Of a DNA stretch of 59,680 bases, positions 10,083 through 19,723 are shown piece after piece; position 1 is the first letter of the stretch; each line of letters begins with the position of its first letter. The notes beneath the pieces are model-generated. The model had not been told where the DNA came from and made no database searches. It saw nothing but the letters and a program-made list of their open reading frames with translations. The DNA is taken from the NCBI GenBank assembly GCA_964478555.1, contig CAYZNC010000001.1, forward strand, positions 1 through 59,680, given 5' to 3'. The translations under genes were made by a program, and so were the position numbers. This stretch comes from an uncultured Bacteroidales bacterium. GTDB taxonomy: Bacteria > Bacteroidota > Bacteroidia > Bacteroidales > JAAUTT01.

Positions 10083-13000
10083 ATGATGAAATATATAAAA
10101 ATAGGAATGGTATTATGCGCCATGCTTGTGCTTTTTCCAGTTCTGCTGGAAGCGCAGACTACTATGAAAATTAATATCAAAGCCATTGTCCATGGTTCCG
10201 AAGGAAAACCAATTGGCGGGGCTGTAATTAAAAGTGAAATGGATAGTACCAGTACGGTTACCGATACAACAGGTAAATTTTCGCTGAATGTTTCAACGGG
10301 TTCCAGTTTATCAGTAAGTACTTCAGGATATATTACCAAGTATGCTGAAGCATCGGCCGATTTGAAAGAAATTACCCTGATGCCCGATAACGGTGCTCAA
10401 CAGGTACAGATAGCCTTTCGAAAAGTTGATGACAAGGATCTCCTTGGAGGGGTTTCGGTTGTTAACGTAAAGGAAATCATGAAGAAAGACTATATTACCT
10501 ATAGCTTAGATGGTATGGAAGCTTTAACTAATGGTTTTCATGGTAATCTTTGGGGAATGGATAGTTATTTGTTATTGGTGGATGGTGTTCCCAGAGACAT
10601 TAATAATATTATGCCTTCGGAAATTGATCAGATAAGTTTTCTCAAAGGTGTAGGAGCTGTGGCTCTTTACGGAAGCCGAGCTGCCAAGGGAGTGATTTTT
10701 ATCACCACCAAGAGAGGAAAGGGTAATACTCAAAAAATAAATGTGCGGGCCAATACCGGGATGTATGTTCCAAAAAGCTATCCCAAGTATCTGGGATCAG
10801 CAGAATATATGACCCTTTATAATGAAGCACGCAGCAACGACGGACTAGACCCATTATATAGTGATGAAACCATTTATAATTATGCTTCCGGAAAGAATCC
10901 TTACCGATACCCCGATGTAAACTATTATTCATCGGATTATCTGAAAAAAGCATACAACCGGACCGATGCTACCGCCGAGATATACGGTGGAGGACAACGG
11001 GCCCGCTATTATACCAACTTAGGTTTCAATACTACCGGTTCTCTTTTGAACTTTGGTGAAGCTGTAAAGAATAACAGTTCTAACCGGTTTAATATGCGAG
11101 GTAATATTGATATCAATTTGAATGACTATATCACCTGTAAGGTAGATGCAAACGCTATATTTTATAACGGAAAGGGCGTAAATACTGATTATTGGGGAAG
11201 TTCGGCCACATTGCGTCCCAATCGTTTTTCACCACTTATTCCAATTAATATGATTGAAGAAAGTGACGGGGCATCTATGAAATATGTAAATACCAGTAAT
11301 TATATTATTGATGGCAAATACCTTCTCGGGGGGACCCAATTAGATCAAACGAATCCCTTTGCTGCTATTTATGCAGGTGGTTACAATAGTTACAATAGCC
11401 GTCTGTTCCAGTTTAATACGGGAGTTGATGCAAACTTGAGCGGCATTTTTGATGGATTAACTTTCCATTCCATGATGGCAGTTGATTATTCAACCTCCTA
11501 TTCGTTGGCGTACAATAGTAAATATGCAGTTTACGAGCCTACTTGGAACAATTACGCCGGAGTTGATCAGATTAGCAGTTTAACCAAATACGGTGATGAT
11601 TCTAAAACGGGTGTACAAAGCGTAAGTAATAGCGCGTACAATCAAACCTTAGCATTTTCAGGGCAGCTTAATTATTTAAAAACCTTGAATGGAAACCATC
11701 ATATTTCAGCTATGCTTATAGCAAATGGGTTTCAACAGAGTCAATCAACCGTATATCACAATACAAGTAATGCCAACCTCGGATTGCAGTTGGGTTATAA
11801 CTTCCGCCACAAGTATTATGTCGATTTCAGCGGAGCAATGGTACACTCAGCTAAATTGCCCGCAGGTAACCGTGAAGCTTTTTCGCCTACCATGTCTTTG
11901 GGCTGGCGTATCAGTGAGGAAGGTTTTATGTCAGCAGTCTCGGCTATTGACAATCTTAAGCTAACTGCATCGGCGGGTATATTGAATACCGACCTTGATA
12001 TTTCAGGTTACAATCTGTATCAAGGCTATTATACATATAATGATGCTGCCTGGTATAGTTGGAAAGATGGCGGCCTGGTTCATACATTTGACCGTCGTCG
12101 CGGAGACAATCTCAACCTTTCATTCCCTAAAAGAAAAGAAATAAATGTGGGAGTTGAAGCATCTATCTTCAAAAAACTGGTAACATTTAACGGATCATTT
12201 TTTAAAAACCGGATAACCGGCAATATTGTTCAACCTTCCGTTCTATATCCCAGCTATTTTTCGACCTATTGGCCTGTATATTCTGATATCCCATACGTCA
12301 ACTACAATGAAGACCAACGTATAGGTTTCGATTTTAATCTGAACCTGAATAAACGCATTGGGCAAATTGACGGGTCATTGGGAGTAACAGGTACCTATTA
12401 TGAAACTAAAGCCATTAAACGTGCTGAAAATTATGAGTATTCATACCAGAACAGGGCTGGTAAACCCCTGGATGCTATTTGGGGTCTTAAAAGCGATGGC
12501 TTTTTCAGCGATAATAATGATATCGCTAATTCACCTACGCAAACATTCGGAGAGGTTAAACCAGGTGATATCAAATACATAGACCAGAATGGTGATGGTG
12601 TAATTGATTCCAAAGATGAAGTTTATCTTGGAAAAGGCGGATGGTATGGAGCTCCTTTCACTTTAGGTATTAACCTGACGGCTAAATGGCGGAACCTCTC
12701 ATTTTTTGCCCTGGGTATAGGACGTTATGGCGCTTATGGAATGAAAAATAGTTCTTACTACTGGGTAAATGGAGAAGATAAATATTCGATTGTTGTTCGC
12801 GACCGTTGGACTGAAGCAACCGCAAATACAGCCAAATATCCGAGATTAACAACTACTAGTGGCGATAATAATTTCCGTAATTCCGACTTCTGGCTTTATA
12901 CTACAAACCGGTTTGATTTGGCCAAGGTTCAGATTTCCTATCAACTTCCTGAAAGCCTCTTGAAGAAAACATTTGTCCACGAAATGGATGTTTATGTTAA

Positions 13001-13109
13001 CGGCTTCAATTTATTGACCACAGCCCCTGAAAGGAAAGCGTTGGAGTTGAATGTCGGAAGTGCTCCTCAAACCCGGTTCTTTAACATAGGAGTTAAAGCG
13101 GTATTTTAA
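10083..13109 (+). CDS. SusC-like TonB-dependent outer-membrane transporter (second of tandem pair; XusC position)
   Basis: 1008 aa. Signal peptide ending LLEAQ. N-terminal carboxypeptidase-regulatory-like domain (IKAIVHGSEGKPIGGAVIKSE...TDTTGKFSL). Plug motif ISFLKGVGAVALYGSRAAKGVIFITTKRG. Barrel ends FNIGVKAVF. Confidence 0.94.
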   Translation: MMKYIKIGMVLCAMLVLFPVLLEAQTTMKINIKAIVHGSEGKPIGGAVIKSEMDSTSTVTDTTGKFSLNVSTGSSLSVSTSGYITKYAEASADLKEITLMPDNGAQQVQIAFRKVDDKDLLGGVSVVNVKEIMKKDYITYSLDGMEALTNGFHGNLWGMDSYLLLVDGVPRDINNIMPSEIDQISFLKGVGAVALYGSRAAKGVIFITTKRGKGNTQKINVRANTGMYVPKSYPKYLGSAEYMTLYNEARSNDGLDPLYSDETIYNYASGKNPYRYPDVNYYSSDYLKKAYNRTDATAEIYGGGQRARYYTNLGFNTTGSLLNFGEAVKNNSSNRFNMRGNIDINLNDYITCKVDANAIFYNGKGVNTDYWGSSATLRPNRFSPLIPINMIEESDGASMKYVNTSNYIIDGKYLLGGTQLDQTNPFAAIYAGGYNSYNSRLFQFNTGVDANLSGIFDGLTFHSMMAVDYSTSYSLAYNSKYAVYEPTWNNYAGVDQISSLTKYGDDSKTGVQSVSNSAYNQTLAFSGQLNYLKTLNGNHHISAMLIANGFQQSQSTVYHNTSNANLGLQLGYNFRHKYYVDFSGAMVHSAKLPAGNREAFSPTMSLGWRISEEGFMSAVSAIDNLKLTASAGILNTDLDISGYNLYQGYYTYNDAAWYSWKDGGLVHTFDRRRGDNLNLSFPKRKEINVGVEASIFKKLVTFNGSFFKNRITGNIVQPSVLYPSYFSTYWPVYSDIPYVNYNEDQRIGFDFNLNLNKRIGQIDGSLGVTGTYYETKAIKRAENYEYSYQNRAGKPLDAIWGLKSDGFFSDNNDIANSPTQTFGEVKPGDIKYIDQNGDGVIDSKDEVYLGKGGWYGAPFTLGINLTAKWRNLSFFALGIGRYGAYGMKNSSYYWVNGEDKYSIVVRDRWTEATANTAKYPRLTTTSGDNNFRNSDFWLYTTNRFDLAKVQISYQLPESLLKKTFVHEMDVYVNGFNLLTTAPERKALELNVGSAPQTRFFNIGVKAVF

Positions 13110-13144
13110 AGAAGGTATTGCAACTCAAATAAAATTAATAAGAC

Positions 13145-14905
13145 ATGAATAAACTCATATTAGTATTTTTATCTGTCATCATTATCATATTGTCAGGCTG
13201 TGATGATTTATTTACACCAGCCATTGAAAATAACCTGAGTCTGGATAAAGTTTATAATAACGCAACTTATGCGCAGGGACTTCTTCTTAACGGTTATACA
13301 CGTATCTCTGACAATTCATGGTCATTCAACGATGTGGCTACTGATGACGCTGTAACTAACGATTACACAAATGGTTATCTTAAAATGGCCACGGGTCAGT
13401 GGACTTCGAATAATAATCCAGTGGATCAGTGGATAAATTCAAACGCTGCCATACAATATCTCAATCTGTTTTTATCAGTGTCCGACAGTGTGAAATGGGC
13501 AATTGATAAAAATATTAACGGAATGTTCAACGACCGTATGAAAGGAGAAGCATACGGTTTGCGCGCCCTTTTTATGTTCTACCTGCTGCAGAACCATGCC
13601 GGGTGGACCTCGGATGGCACTCTGCTTGGAGTACCAATTCTTCTTGAACCGCAGAATCCTCAATCTGACTTTAATCTGCCAAGGGCTACATTTGAGGAAT
13701 GCATGCAGCATATTTACAGTGATTTGGGTAAGGCCGACACACTTCTTCCATTGGATTTTGAGGATATTGCCAACAATTCGCAGGTACCTCAAAAATACAC
13801 CGGAATAAGCAAAGATGACTACAATCGTGTGTTTGGTCTTTCTTTCCGGTTACGTATGACAGCTCGCATTGCAAAGGCTATCAGGGCAAAAGCCACTTTA
13901 TTGGCTGCAAGCCCTGCATATAGTTCAGGAAATACTACAACGTGGGTTGATGCTGCCAATGCTGCCGCTAATGTAATTAATCTGAAAGGTGGTTTATCAG
14001 GATTAGCTTCCAATGGTTTAAAGTGGTACTCCGATGCAGCAGAAATTAATGGTCTTGCGTCAGGCGTTAATCCTCCCGAAATATTATGGAGGTCTGATAT
14101 GGGAACAAACCATGATCTGGAAACACAGAACTACCCTCCAACTCTCTTTGGCAATGGCAGGTTGAATCCTACACAAAATCTTGTAGATGCTTTTCCAATG
14201 GCAAATGGATATCCCATAACGGATGTATCCGGCAATTATAATTCTGGTACTCCTTATGCGAATCGCGATCCCCGTTTACAGCTTTTTATTTTGATCAATG
14301 GCAGTACTGCTGGCACAAGTAATTCAACAATTTACACCGCAGTTGATGGGGGTACGAATGATGGTCTTAACAAAGTTGGAACATCTACTCGCACAGGATA
14401 TTACATGCGTAAATTGCTCAGACAGGATGTTAACCTTAATCCATCCTCTACAACTAACCAGAAGCACTATAAACCTCGTATCCGTTACACCGAATTATAT
14501 CTCATCTATGCCGAAGCCGCCAATGAAGCCTGGGGACCAACAGGAACTGGTGCAAATGCTTACTCAGCATACGATGTAATTAAGGCTATTCGCACAAGAG
14601 CTGGAGTTGGGACAACGAATGGCGACCCATATCTTGAGTATGTTAAGAACAGTCAGGATACTATGAGAGAATTGATAAGGAACGAGCGACGGCTGGAACT
14701 CTGCTTTGAAGGTTACCGTTTTTGGGACCTGCGCCGATGGAATAAAAATCTTAATGAAACGGCCGGAGGTGTTAAAATCCAAAATGGGACTTACCAGAAT
14801 ATCGCTGTTGAAAACAGGGTTTATCAGGACTACATGAACTACGGCCCTATTCCTTATAGTGAAATTATAAAGTATAATGCTTTAATACAAAACAAAGGAT
14901 GGTAA
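13145..14905 (+). CDS. SusD/RagB-family outer-membrane lipoprotein (XusD position)
   Basis: 586 aa. Lipoprotein signal IIIILSGC. SusD signature RNERRLELCFEGYRFWDLRRW. Ends QNKGW. Confidence 0.93.
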   Translation: MNKLILVFLSVIIIILSGCDDLFTPAIENNLSLDKVYNNATYAQGLLLNGYTRISDNSWSFNDVATDDAVTNDYTNGYLKMATGQWTSNNNPVDQWINSNAAIQYLNLFLSVSDSVKWAIDKNINGMFNDRMKGEAYGLRALFMFYLLQNHAGWTSDGTLLGVPILLEPQNPQSDFNLPRATFEECMQHIYSDLGKADTLLPLDFEDIANNSQVPQKYTGISKDDYNRVFGLSFRLRMTARIAKAIRAKATLLAASPAYSSGNTTTWVDAANAAANVINLKGGLSGLASNGLKWYSDAAEINGLASGVNPPEILWRSDMGTNHDLETQNYPPTLFGNGRLNPTQNLVDAFPMANGYPITDVSGNYNSGTPYANRDPRLQLFILINGSTAGTSNSTIYTAVDGGTNDGLNKVGTSTRTGYYMRKLLRQDVNLNPSSTTNQKHYKPRIRYTELYLIYAEAANEAWGPTGTGANAYSAYDVIKAIRTRAGVGTTNGDPYLEYVKNSQDTMRELIRNERRLELCFEGYRFWDLRRWNKNLNETAGGVKIQNGTYQNIAVENRVYQDYMNYGPIPYSEIIKYNALIQNKGW

Positions 14906-14970
14906 AAGATAACGAAGCCCAAACAGGTCTTCATGCATTTTTTAGTATGGAAAATAAAAAATTAAAAAAA

Positions 14971-15999
14971 ATGAAAAAGATATATTTTATATCACTGGTA
15001 CTACTTGTAGCCCTGGCTTCATGCAAAAATCAGGAGTGGGATTTTCCGGATTACAAGTATACGACAGTTTATTTTGCCTATCAGTATCCGGTGAGAACCA
15101 TTACATTGGGCGAAGATATTTTTGATAACACGCTTGACAATGAGCATAAGTGTGAAATAATGGCTACCACAGGTGGTGTTTATGAGAATAAGAAAGATAT
15201 CATCATTGATGTGACTGTAGATAACTCATTAAGCAATGGATTGCTGTTTGGTCAGGGCGGTGATCAAATTATTCCCATGCCCGGCAATTATTACAATTTG
15301 GCCTCGAACCAGATTGTCATTCCTAAAGGACAATTATCCGGTGGGGTTGTGGTAGAACTTACCGATGCATTCTTTGCTGATACACTGGCACTAAAGAAAA
15401 CTTATGTTATTCCAATGTATATGACTCAAGTTGTGAATGCAGACTCTATTTTATCCGGTACTCCTTTAGTTAATAATCCTAACAGATGTGTTGCTACTGA
15501 TTGGAGTGTTGTTCCCAAAGATTACATTTTGTATGCTATTAAGTATATAAATTCGTGGCATGGCTATTACCTGCGAAGGGGGACTGATGTTTTAACAGGT
15601 AAGAACGGCAATACTTCACTTGATACAACTATTGTCAGACATCAACATTATGTTGAGAATGATGCCGTCTTTCAACTAACAACCCGATCTTTAACCAAAA
15701 CGGTGTATCCTTTAATAATTAAAGATAGTCAGGGACATAATGTCGATTGTACTTTAATACTTACATTTGACGATGCAGGTAAATGTACAGTTTCATCTAA
15801 TACTTCAAATTGTACAGCTACGGGTAATGGACAGTTTGTTAAAAAAGGTGAAAAGAATAGCTGGGGCAATACTGATCGCGATGCGATCTACCTTAATTAT
15901 GAGGTTGACCTAAGTGAAATGCATGTTGCAACGAAAGATACATTGGTATCACGGAACCGCGGCGTTGTGATGGAAACATTTTCTCCGTTACCGAAGTAG
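14971..15999 (+). CDS. PUL-associated lipoprotein, candidate surface glycan-binding protein (XusE position)
   Basis: The longest ORF starts at 14899 and overlaps the SusD stop. The internal ATG at 14971 gives a clean lipoprotein signal, MKKIYFISLVLLVALASC. The gene sits between the second SusD and the GH10 gene, as in conserved Xus loci. No catalytic motif is visible. Confidence 0.65.
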   Translation: MKKIYFISLVLLVALASCKNQEWDFPDYKYTTVYFAYQYPVRTITLGEDIFDNTLDNEHKCEIMATTGGVYENKKDIIIDVTVDNSLSNGLLFGQGGDQIIPMPGNYYNLASNQIVIPKGQLSGGVVVELTDAFFADTLALKKTYVIPMYMTQVVNADSILSGTPLVNNPNRCVATDWSVVPKDYILYAIKYINSWHGYYLRRGTDVLTGKNGNTSLDTTIVRHQHYVENDAVFQLTTRSLTKTVYPLIIKDSQGHNVDCTLILTFDDAGKCTVSSNTSNCTATGNGQFVKKGEKNSWGNTDRDAIYLNYEVDLSEMHVATKDTLVSRNRGVVMETFSPLPK

Positions 16000-16026
16000 T
16001 TTTTTATTTACTTAAATAAAAATAAC

Positions 16027-17244
16027 ATGAAACATTTATGTAAAATATGGCTGTACGTTACAGCTTTAATGGTGGTTTCTTGTGCTGATAATGGCCCACT
16101 TGGCTTTCGCGTTGAAAAACCGGAAAGTATTGCATCACAGGAAAAGATAAATGCGTATAAATCATTGAAAACCTACGTTGACAGTGTAGCTAATCCTAAT
16201 TTTAAATTAGGAGCTGGTGTTTTTCTGTCCGATTATATCTCAAAAGGGGTATTATACAGGTTAATAAACGGTAATTTCAATGAAATTACCGTGGGATATG
16301 AAATGAAACATGGGGTTGTAGTTCAATCAGACGGAAGCCTGGCTCTGGATAATGTGAATAATTTGCTGGCTACTGCTAAAGCTGCTGGTATTACAGTTTT
16401 TGGCCATACCCTTTGTTGGCATAGTAATCAGAATGCAACTTATCTGAACAGTTTAATCGCTCCTTTGATTGTTACTCCTCCTGCTTTTGCAAATTCATTG
16501 GATCTGTCCGGATTGAAGGATGGAACATTAAATGGTTGGGGGCATACTAATAGTGGTGCTGGTATATCTGTGGTAAACGGGGCAGGAATGGCTAGTACCA
16601 TTGGTGCTGTTAAAATGATCTCGGGTTCCGGTTCCTCCGGAGCAGAAGAGTTGCAGTTAATAACCCCGGATATACCAATTGTGGCTGGACATAAATATGA
16701 TGTAGTATTTTACATCAAATCGGATGTACCGGGTGAAGGGCGTGTTTCTTTCGAAGGATTGTCGAATAATACTCCGGCTATGGATTGGATGAGTACTGGT
16801 AACAAGACAGCAACTTTTAATACATCGATATCATGGAAGCAAGTGAAATTTCAGGTAAGTGATTTTACAGGAAATACATTTAAAGCCCATTTGGATTTGG
16901 GTTATCAGCCTAATGTTACCTATTACGTAGATGTGAACAATTTTTATATCTATGATACTCAGGGTCAACCTGCAATCGTTAATCTAATTTCAAATGGCGA
17001 TTTTGAGGCAGGAAATATCAATGGCTGGGGAGGCTGGGGAAACGGTTCAACCAGGGGTGTCTCCACCAAAGGACAAGGATTCGGCGATATGGGTTACGCT
17101 ATATGGGAAACCAACCCTTCTATAACAAGTGGCTATTGGTCAGTCCAGACAGCCTATGCACTTCCGGCTGCACTTGAGAACGGACAACAATATACATTGA
17201 GTTTTGATGTGAAGGCTGATAACACTGGGATTATACGACCGTAG
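16027..17244 (+). CDS. GH10 endo-1,4-beta-xylanase, N-terminal part (Xyn10C-type with CBM4-like insertion), ended by an in-frame TAG; likely half of a disrupted gene
   Basis: Lipoprotein signal LMVVSC. N-terminal GH10 barrel segment (FKLGAGV...NEITVGYEMKHG...ITVFGHTLCWHSNQ). Two CBM4/9-like modules follow (NGWGHTNSG...; NGDFEAGNINGWGGWGNGS...). TAG at 17242-17244 falls inside the second module. Confidence 0.85.
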   Translation: MKHLCKIWLYVTALMVVSCADNGPLGFRVEKPESIASQEKINAYKSLKTYVDSVANPNFKLGAGVFLSDYISKGVLYRLINGNFNEITVGYEMKHGVVVQSDGSLALDNVNNLLATAKAAGITVFGHTLCWHSNQNATYLNSLIAPLIVTPPAFANSLDLSGLKDGTLNGWGHTNSGAGISVVNGAGMASTIGAVKMISGSGSSGAEELQLITPDIPIVAGHKYDVVFYIKSDVPGEGRVSFEGLSNNTPAMDWMSTGNKTATFNTSISWKQVKFQVSDFTGNTFKAHLDLGYQPNVTYYVDVNNFYIYDTQGQPAIVNLISNGDFEAGNINGWGGWGNGSTRGVSTKGQGFGDMGYAIWETNPSITSGYWSVQTAYALPAALENGQQYTLSFDVKADNTGIIRP

Positions 17245-17280
17245 ATACAAAGTCCAGATTATTCTTCGAGCGGATTTGGT

Positions 17281-18168
17281 ATGGTTAACCTTTCAACTTC
17301 CTGGAAACATATGGAATTAACAACAACAATTAATGCAACCGACAGGAAAACCCTTATAATTAGTTACGGTGAGATGGCCGGGACTGTTTATATGGACAAC
17401 ATCAAGTTATATAAGACTGCCGGTAGTTCAAGTTCTACCAGTTTAGTAGTAGAAAAAACTGCTGGGGAGAAAACACAAATCATCGGGGCTGCAATGACAA
17501 ATTGGATTTCAGGAATGGTTACAAACTGTAAATCTTCTGTAAAAGCTTGGGATGTTGTTAACGAACCAATGGACGACGGAAATCCACATAATCTTAAAAC
17601 AGGAATTGGTAAAACCAATTTAGCGCCCGATGAATTCTATTGGCAGGATTATTTGGGTAAAGATTATGCTGTACAGGCATTTAAACTTGCCCGTCAAAAT
17701 GGCAATTCAGGAGACTTACTATTTATCAACGATTATAATTTGGAATATAATTTAGATAAATGCAGAGGCTTAATTGAATATGTGAATTACCTTGAAAGCA
17801 ATGGAGCCAAGGTTGATGGTATCGGTACTCAAATGCATATGGATATTTATTCCAGTAAGGATAACATTGCCCAGATGTTTCAGTTACTTGCAGCAACCGG
17901 TAAACTTATCAAGGTTTCCGAACTTGAGGTTAGGGTAAACACTTCGTCCCCCACAGCTGATATCCTGCAACAACAAGCTGAAATGTACAAATATGTTGTA
18001 CAAATGTATTTTAAATATATTCCGGTAGCACAGCGATATGGAATTACCGTTTGGAGTCCACTGGATAGCAACAATAATTCTAATTGGTTTCAGGGGCTCT
18101 GGAATATAAAATATGATAGAAAGCCTGCATACACAGGTTTTGCCGACGGGCTATCGGGGACTAATTAG
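17281..18168 (+). CDS. GH10 endo-1,4-beta-xylanase, C-terminal part carrying both catalytic Glu regions; same frame as 16027..17244
   Basis: Same frame as the upstream ORF, and open from 17245 (IQSPDYSSSGFG precedes the ATG at 17281). Contains the end of the CBM4-like module (GTVYMDNIKLYK), then GH10 motifs WDVVNEPMDD (acid/base region) and KVSELEV (nucleophile region). This piece has no signal peptide of its own. Confidence 0.85.
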   Translation: MVNLSTSWKHMELTTTINATDRKTLIISYGEMAGTVYMDNIKLYKTAGSSSSTSLVVEKTAGEKTQIIGAAMTNWISGMVTNCKSSVKAWDVVNEPMDDGNPHNLKTGIGKTNLAPDEFYWQDYLGKDYAVQAFKLARQNGNSGDLLFINDYNLEYNLDKCRGLIEYVNYLESNGAKVDGIGTQMHMDIYSSKDNIAQMFQLLAATGKLIKVSELEVRVNTSSPTADILQQQAEMYKYVVQMYFKYIPVAQRYGITVWSPLDSNNNSNWFQGLWNIKYDRKPAYTGFADGLSGTN

Positions 18169-18195
18169 TTTTTAATTTTTATTTGAAAACAGAAG

Positions 18196-18348
18196 AGGCG
18201 ATCCAAAAAGTTTTTTTCGCTTTATTTACCCCTAAATCCCTGCCCGTTGCAGGCGAGCCCTGAAGGGGACTTCCTTACTCTCAATAAGTTGCGGAAGCCT
18301 CCGCCAGCTGGCGGATTGGGGGTCAATTCAGGACTTTTTGGACAGCCT
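18196..18348 (+). repeat. MITE/REP-like palindromic element, copy A
   Basis: Terminal inverted repeats AGGCGATCCAAAAAGT (18196-18211) and ACTTTTTGGACAGCCT (18333-18348). Internal palindrome CCGCCAGCTGGCGG (18301-18314) and GGGG/CCCC hairpin arms. The reverse complement aligns along its length with 19586-19713, except for a ~21-nt insertion in A. Confidence 0.75.
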
Positions 18349-18516
18349 TTTTTAATTTGGAAAAATCATGGGTAGAAAAAGCAGGAGATTTTGATATTAT
18401 TTATAAATTGTTGCAAAATTACCTGTGAAAAATTTGAAGAAGGTCAATTATGCAAAAATCTTCAATTTTTTCATTAAATCATTCAAGGTTTTTTAATACA
18501 ATAAAAATAGTTTCCT

Positions 18517-19545
18517 ATGAAGAATAACATTTCTCTTATTTGTTTCCTTTACCTGGTTATGTTTTTTTTATCTGGTAATACGGTTATATATTGCCAAAAG
18601 CCTGCATATATTCCTTCTCTTGTAGTAGCAAAGGATGGTTCAGGTAATTATAAAACTATTCAGGAAGCAATCAATTCTGTTCGCGACCTATCCATTAAAA
18701 GAGTAACTATTCATGTCAAAAATGGCGTTTACCATGAAAAGGTGGTAATTCCTTCATGGAAAACAAATATTTCTTTGGTCGGGGAAAGCAAGGATAGCAC
18801 TATTATCACCAACGATGATTTTTCCGGTAAACCAAACCCCGGTGGAAAAGATGCTTGTGGTAAAGATAAATTTACCACTTACACCACTTATACGGTTCTC
18901 GTGCAAGGCAATGATTTTACGATTGAAAATCTTACCATACAAAATACCGCAGGGCGTGTTGGTCAGGCAGTGGCTCTGCACGTGGAAGCTGATCGTGTAG
19001 TGATAAAGAATTGTAAGCTGCTGGGTAACCAGGATACTTTGTATGCTGCTAAAGAAGGTAGCCGTCAATACTACCAGGATTGCTATATCGAAGGAACTAC
19101 CGATTTCATTTTCGGGGAAGCAATTGCCGTTTTTCAGAACTGTACCATCAAAAGCCTGATTAATTCTTTTGTTACTGCCGCCTCCACCCGGTCGGCCCAG
19201 CAATTTGGCTTTGTACTTTTCGATTGTAAACTGATAGCGGATACGGATGTCCAAAAAGTTTACCTCGGACGACCATGGCGACCCTATGCCAAAACGGTAT
19301 ACATTAACTGCGAGTTGGGCAAGCAGATACTTCCTGAAGGGTGGAACCCGTGGAAAGGCGATGCAATGTTTCCTGACAAAGAAAAAACAGCCTTTTATGG
19401 CGAGTTCGGTAACAAAGGGTTGGGCGCATCCACAAAAGACCGGGTACCATGGTCACATCAGCTTTCTGAGAAAGAGGCAAAGCTTTATACCTTAAAAAAT
19501 ATATTAGGTGGCAAGGATGACTGGGATCCGTTGAGTATTAAATAA
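18517..19545 (+). CDS. Pectinesterase (carbohydrate esterase family 8)
   Basis: 342 aa with signal peptide. CE8 motifs GSGNYKTIQEAI, GQAVALHV, GNQDTLY, GTTDFIFG, YLGRPWRPY. Confidence 0.92.
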   Translation: MKNNISLICFLYLVMFFLSGNTVIYCQKPAYIPSLVVAKDGSGNYKTIQEAINSVRDLSIKRVTIHVKNGVYHEKVVIPSWKTNISLVGESKDSTIITNDDFSGKPNPGGKDACGKDKFTTYTTYTVLVQGNDFTIENLTIQNTAGRVGQAVALHVEADRVVIKNCKLLGNQDTLYAAKEGSRQYYQDCYIEGTTDFIFGEAIAVFQNCTIKSLINSFVTAASTRSAQQFGFVLFDCKLIADTDVQKVYLGRPWRPYAKTVYINCELGKQILPEGWNPWKGDAMFPDKEKTAFYGEFGNKGLGASTKDRVPWSHQLSEKEAKLYTLKNILGGKDDWDPLSIK

Positions 19546-19585
19546 TTCTACGTAATAATGTGGAAAATCTCTAGGGGAACTATGG

Positions 19586-19713
19586 AGTCTGTCTAAAAAG
19601 TCACCTTTTTTGTCCCCAATCTGCCATCTGGCGGAGGCTATGCAACTAATTGAGGCTAAGGAAGTCCCCCTTAGGGGATTTAGGGGTAAATGAAAAATGA
19701 GATTTTAGGAGCT
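19586..19713 (-). repeat. MITE/REP-like palindromic element, copy B (inverted relative to copy A)
   Basis: AGTCTGTCTAAAAAGT...CCCCAATCTGCCATCTGGCGGAGGCTATGCAACTAATTGAGGCTAAGGAAGTCCCCC...GGGATTTAGGGGTAAAT matches the reverse complement of copy A block by block, with the identical core GGGATTTAGGGGTAAAT. It fills the gap between the CE8 stop and the convergent esterase stop. Confidence 0.75.
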
Positions 19714-19723
19714 TTATAATTAA

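Noticed and set aside
14899-14970. N-terminal extensions of the longest ORFs (also 24010-24093, 36740-36847, 37863-37895, 51665-51796, 23908-23943)
   Set aside because: Internal ATGs give proper signal peptides or lipoboxes, or canonical N-termini. The extensions overlap upstream genes or add non-homologous leaders.
17242-17244. TAG within the GH10 gene read as a recoded sense codon (alternative genetic code or pyrrolysine)
   Set aside because: TAG terminates several well-supported genes in the same window (stops at 3973, 10039, 15997, 18166). No other gene needs TAG readthrough. A nonsense mutation or sequencing error is the simpler explanation.
18754-19254. 166-aa minus-strand ORF
   Set aside because: It is antisense inside the CE8 pectinesterase gene, whose motifs are unambiguous. 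No independent support.
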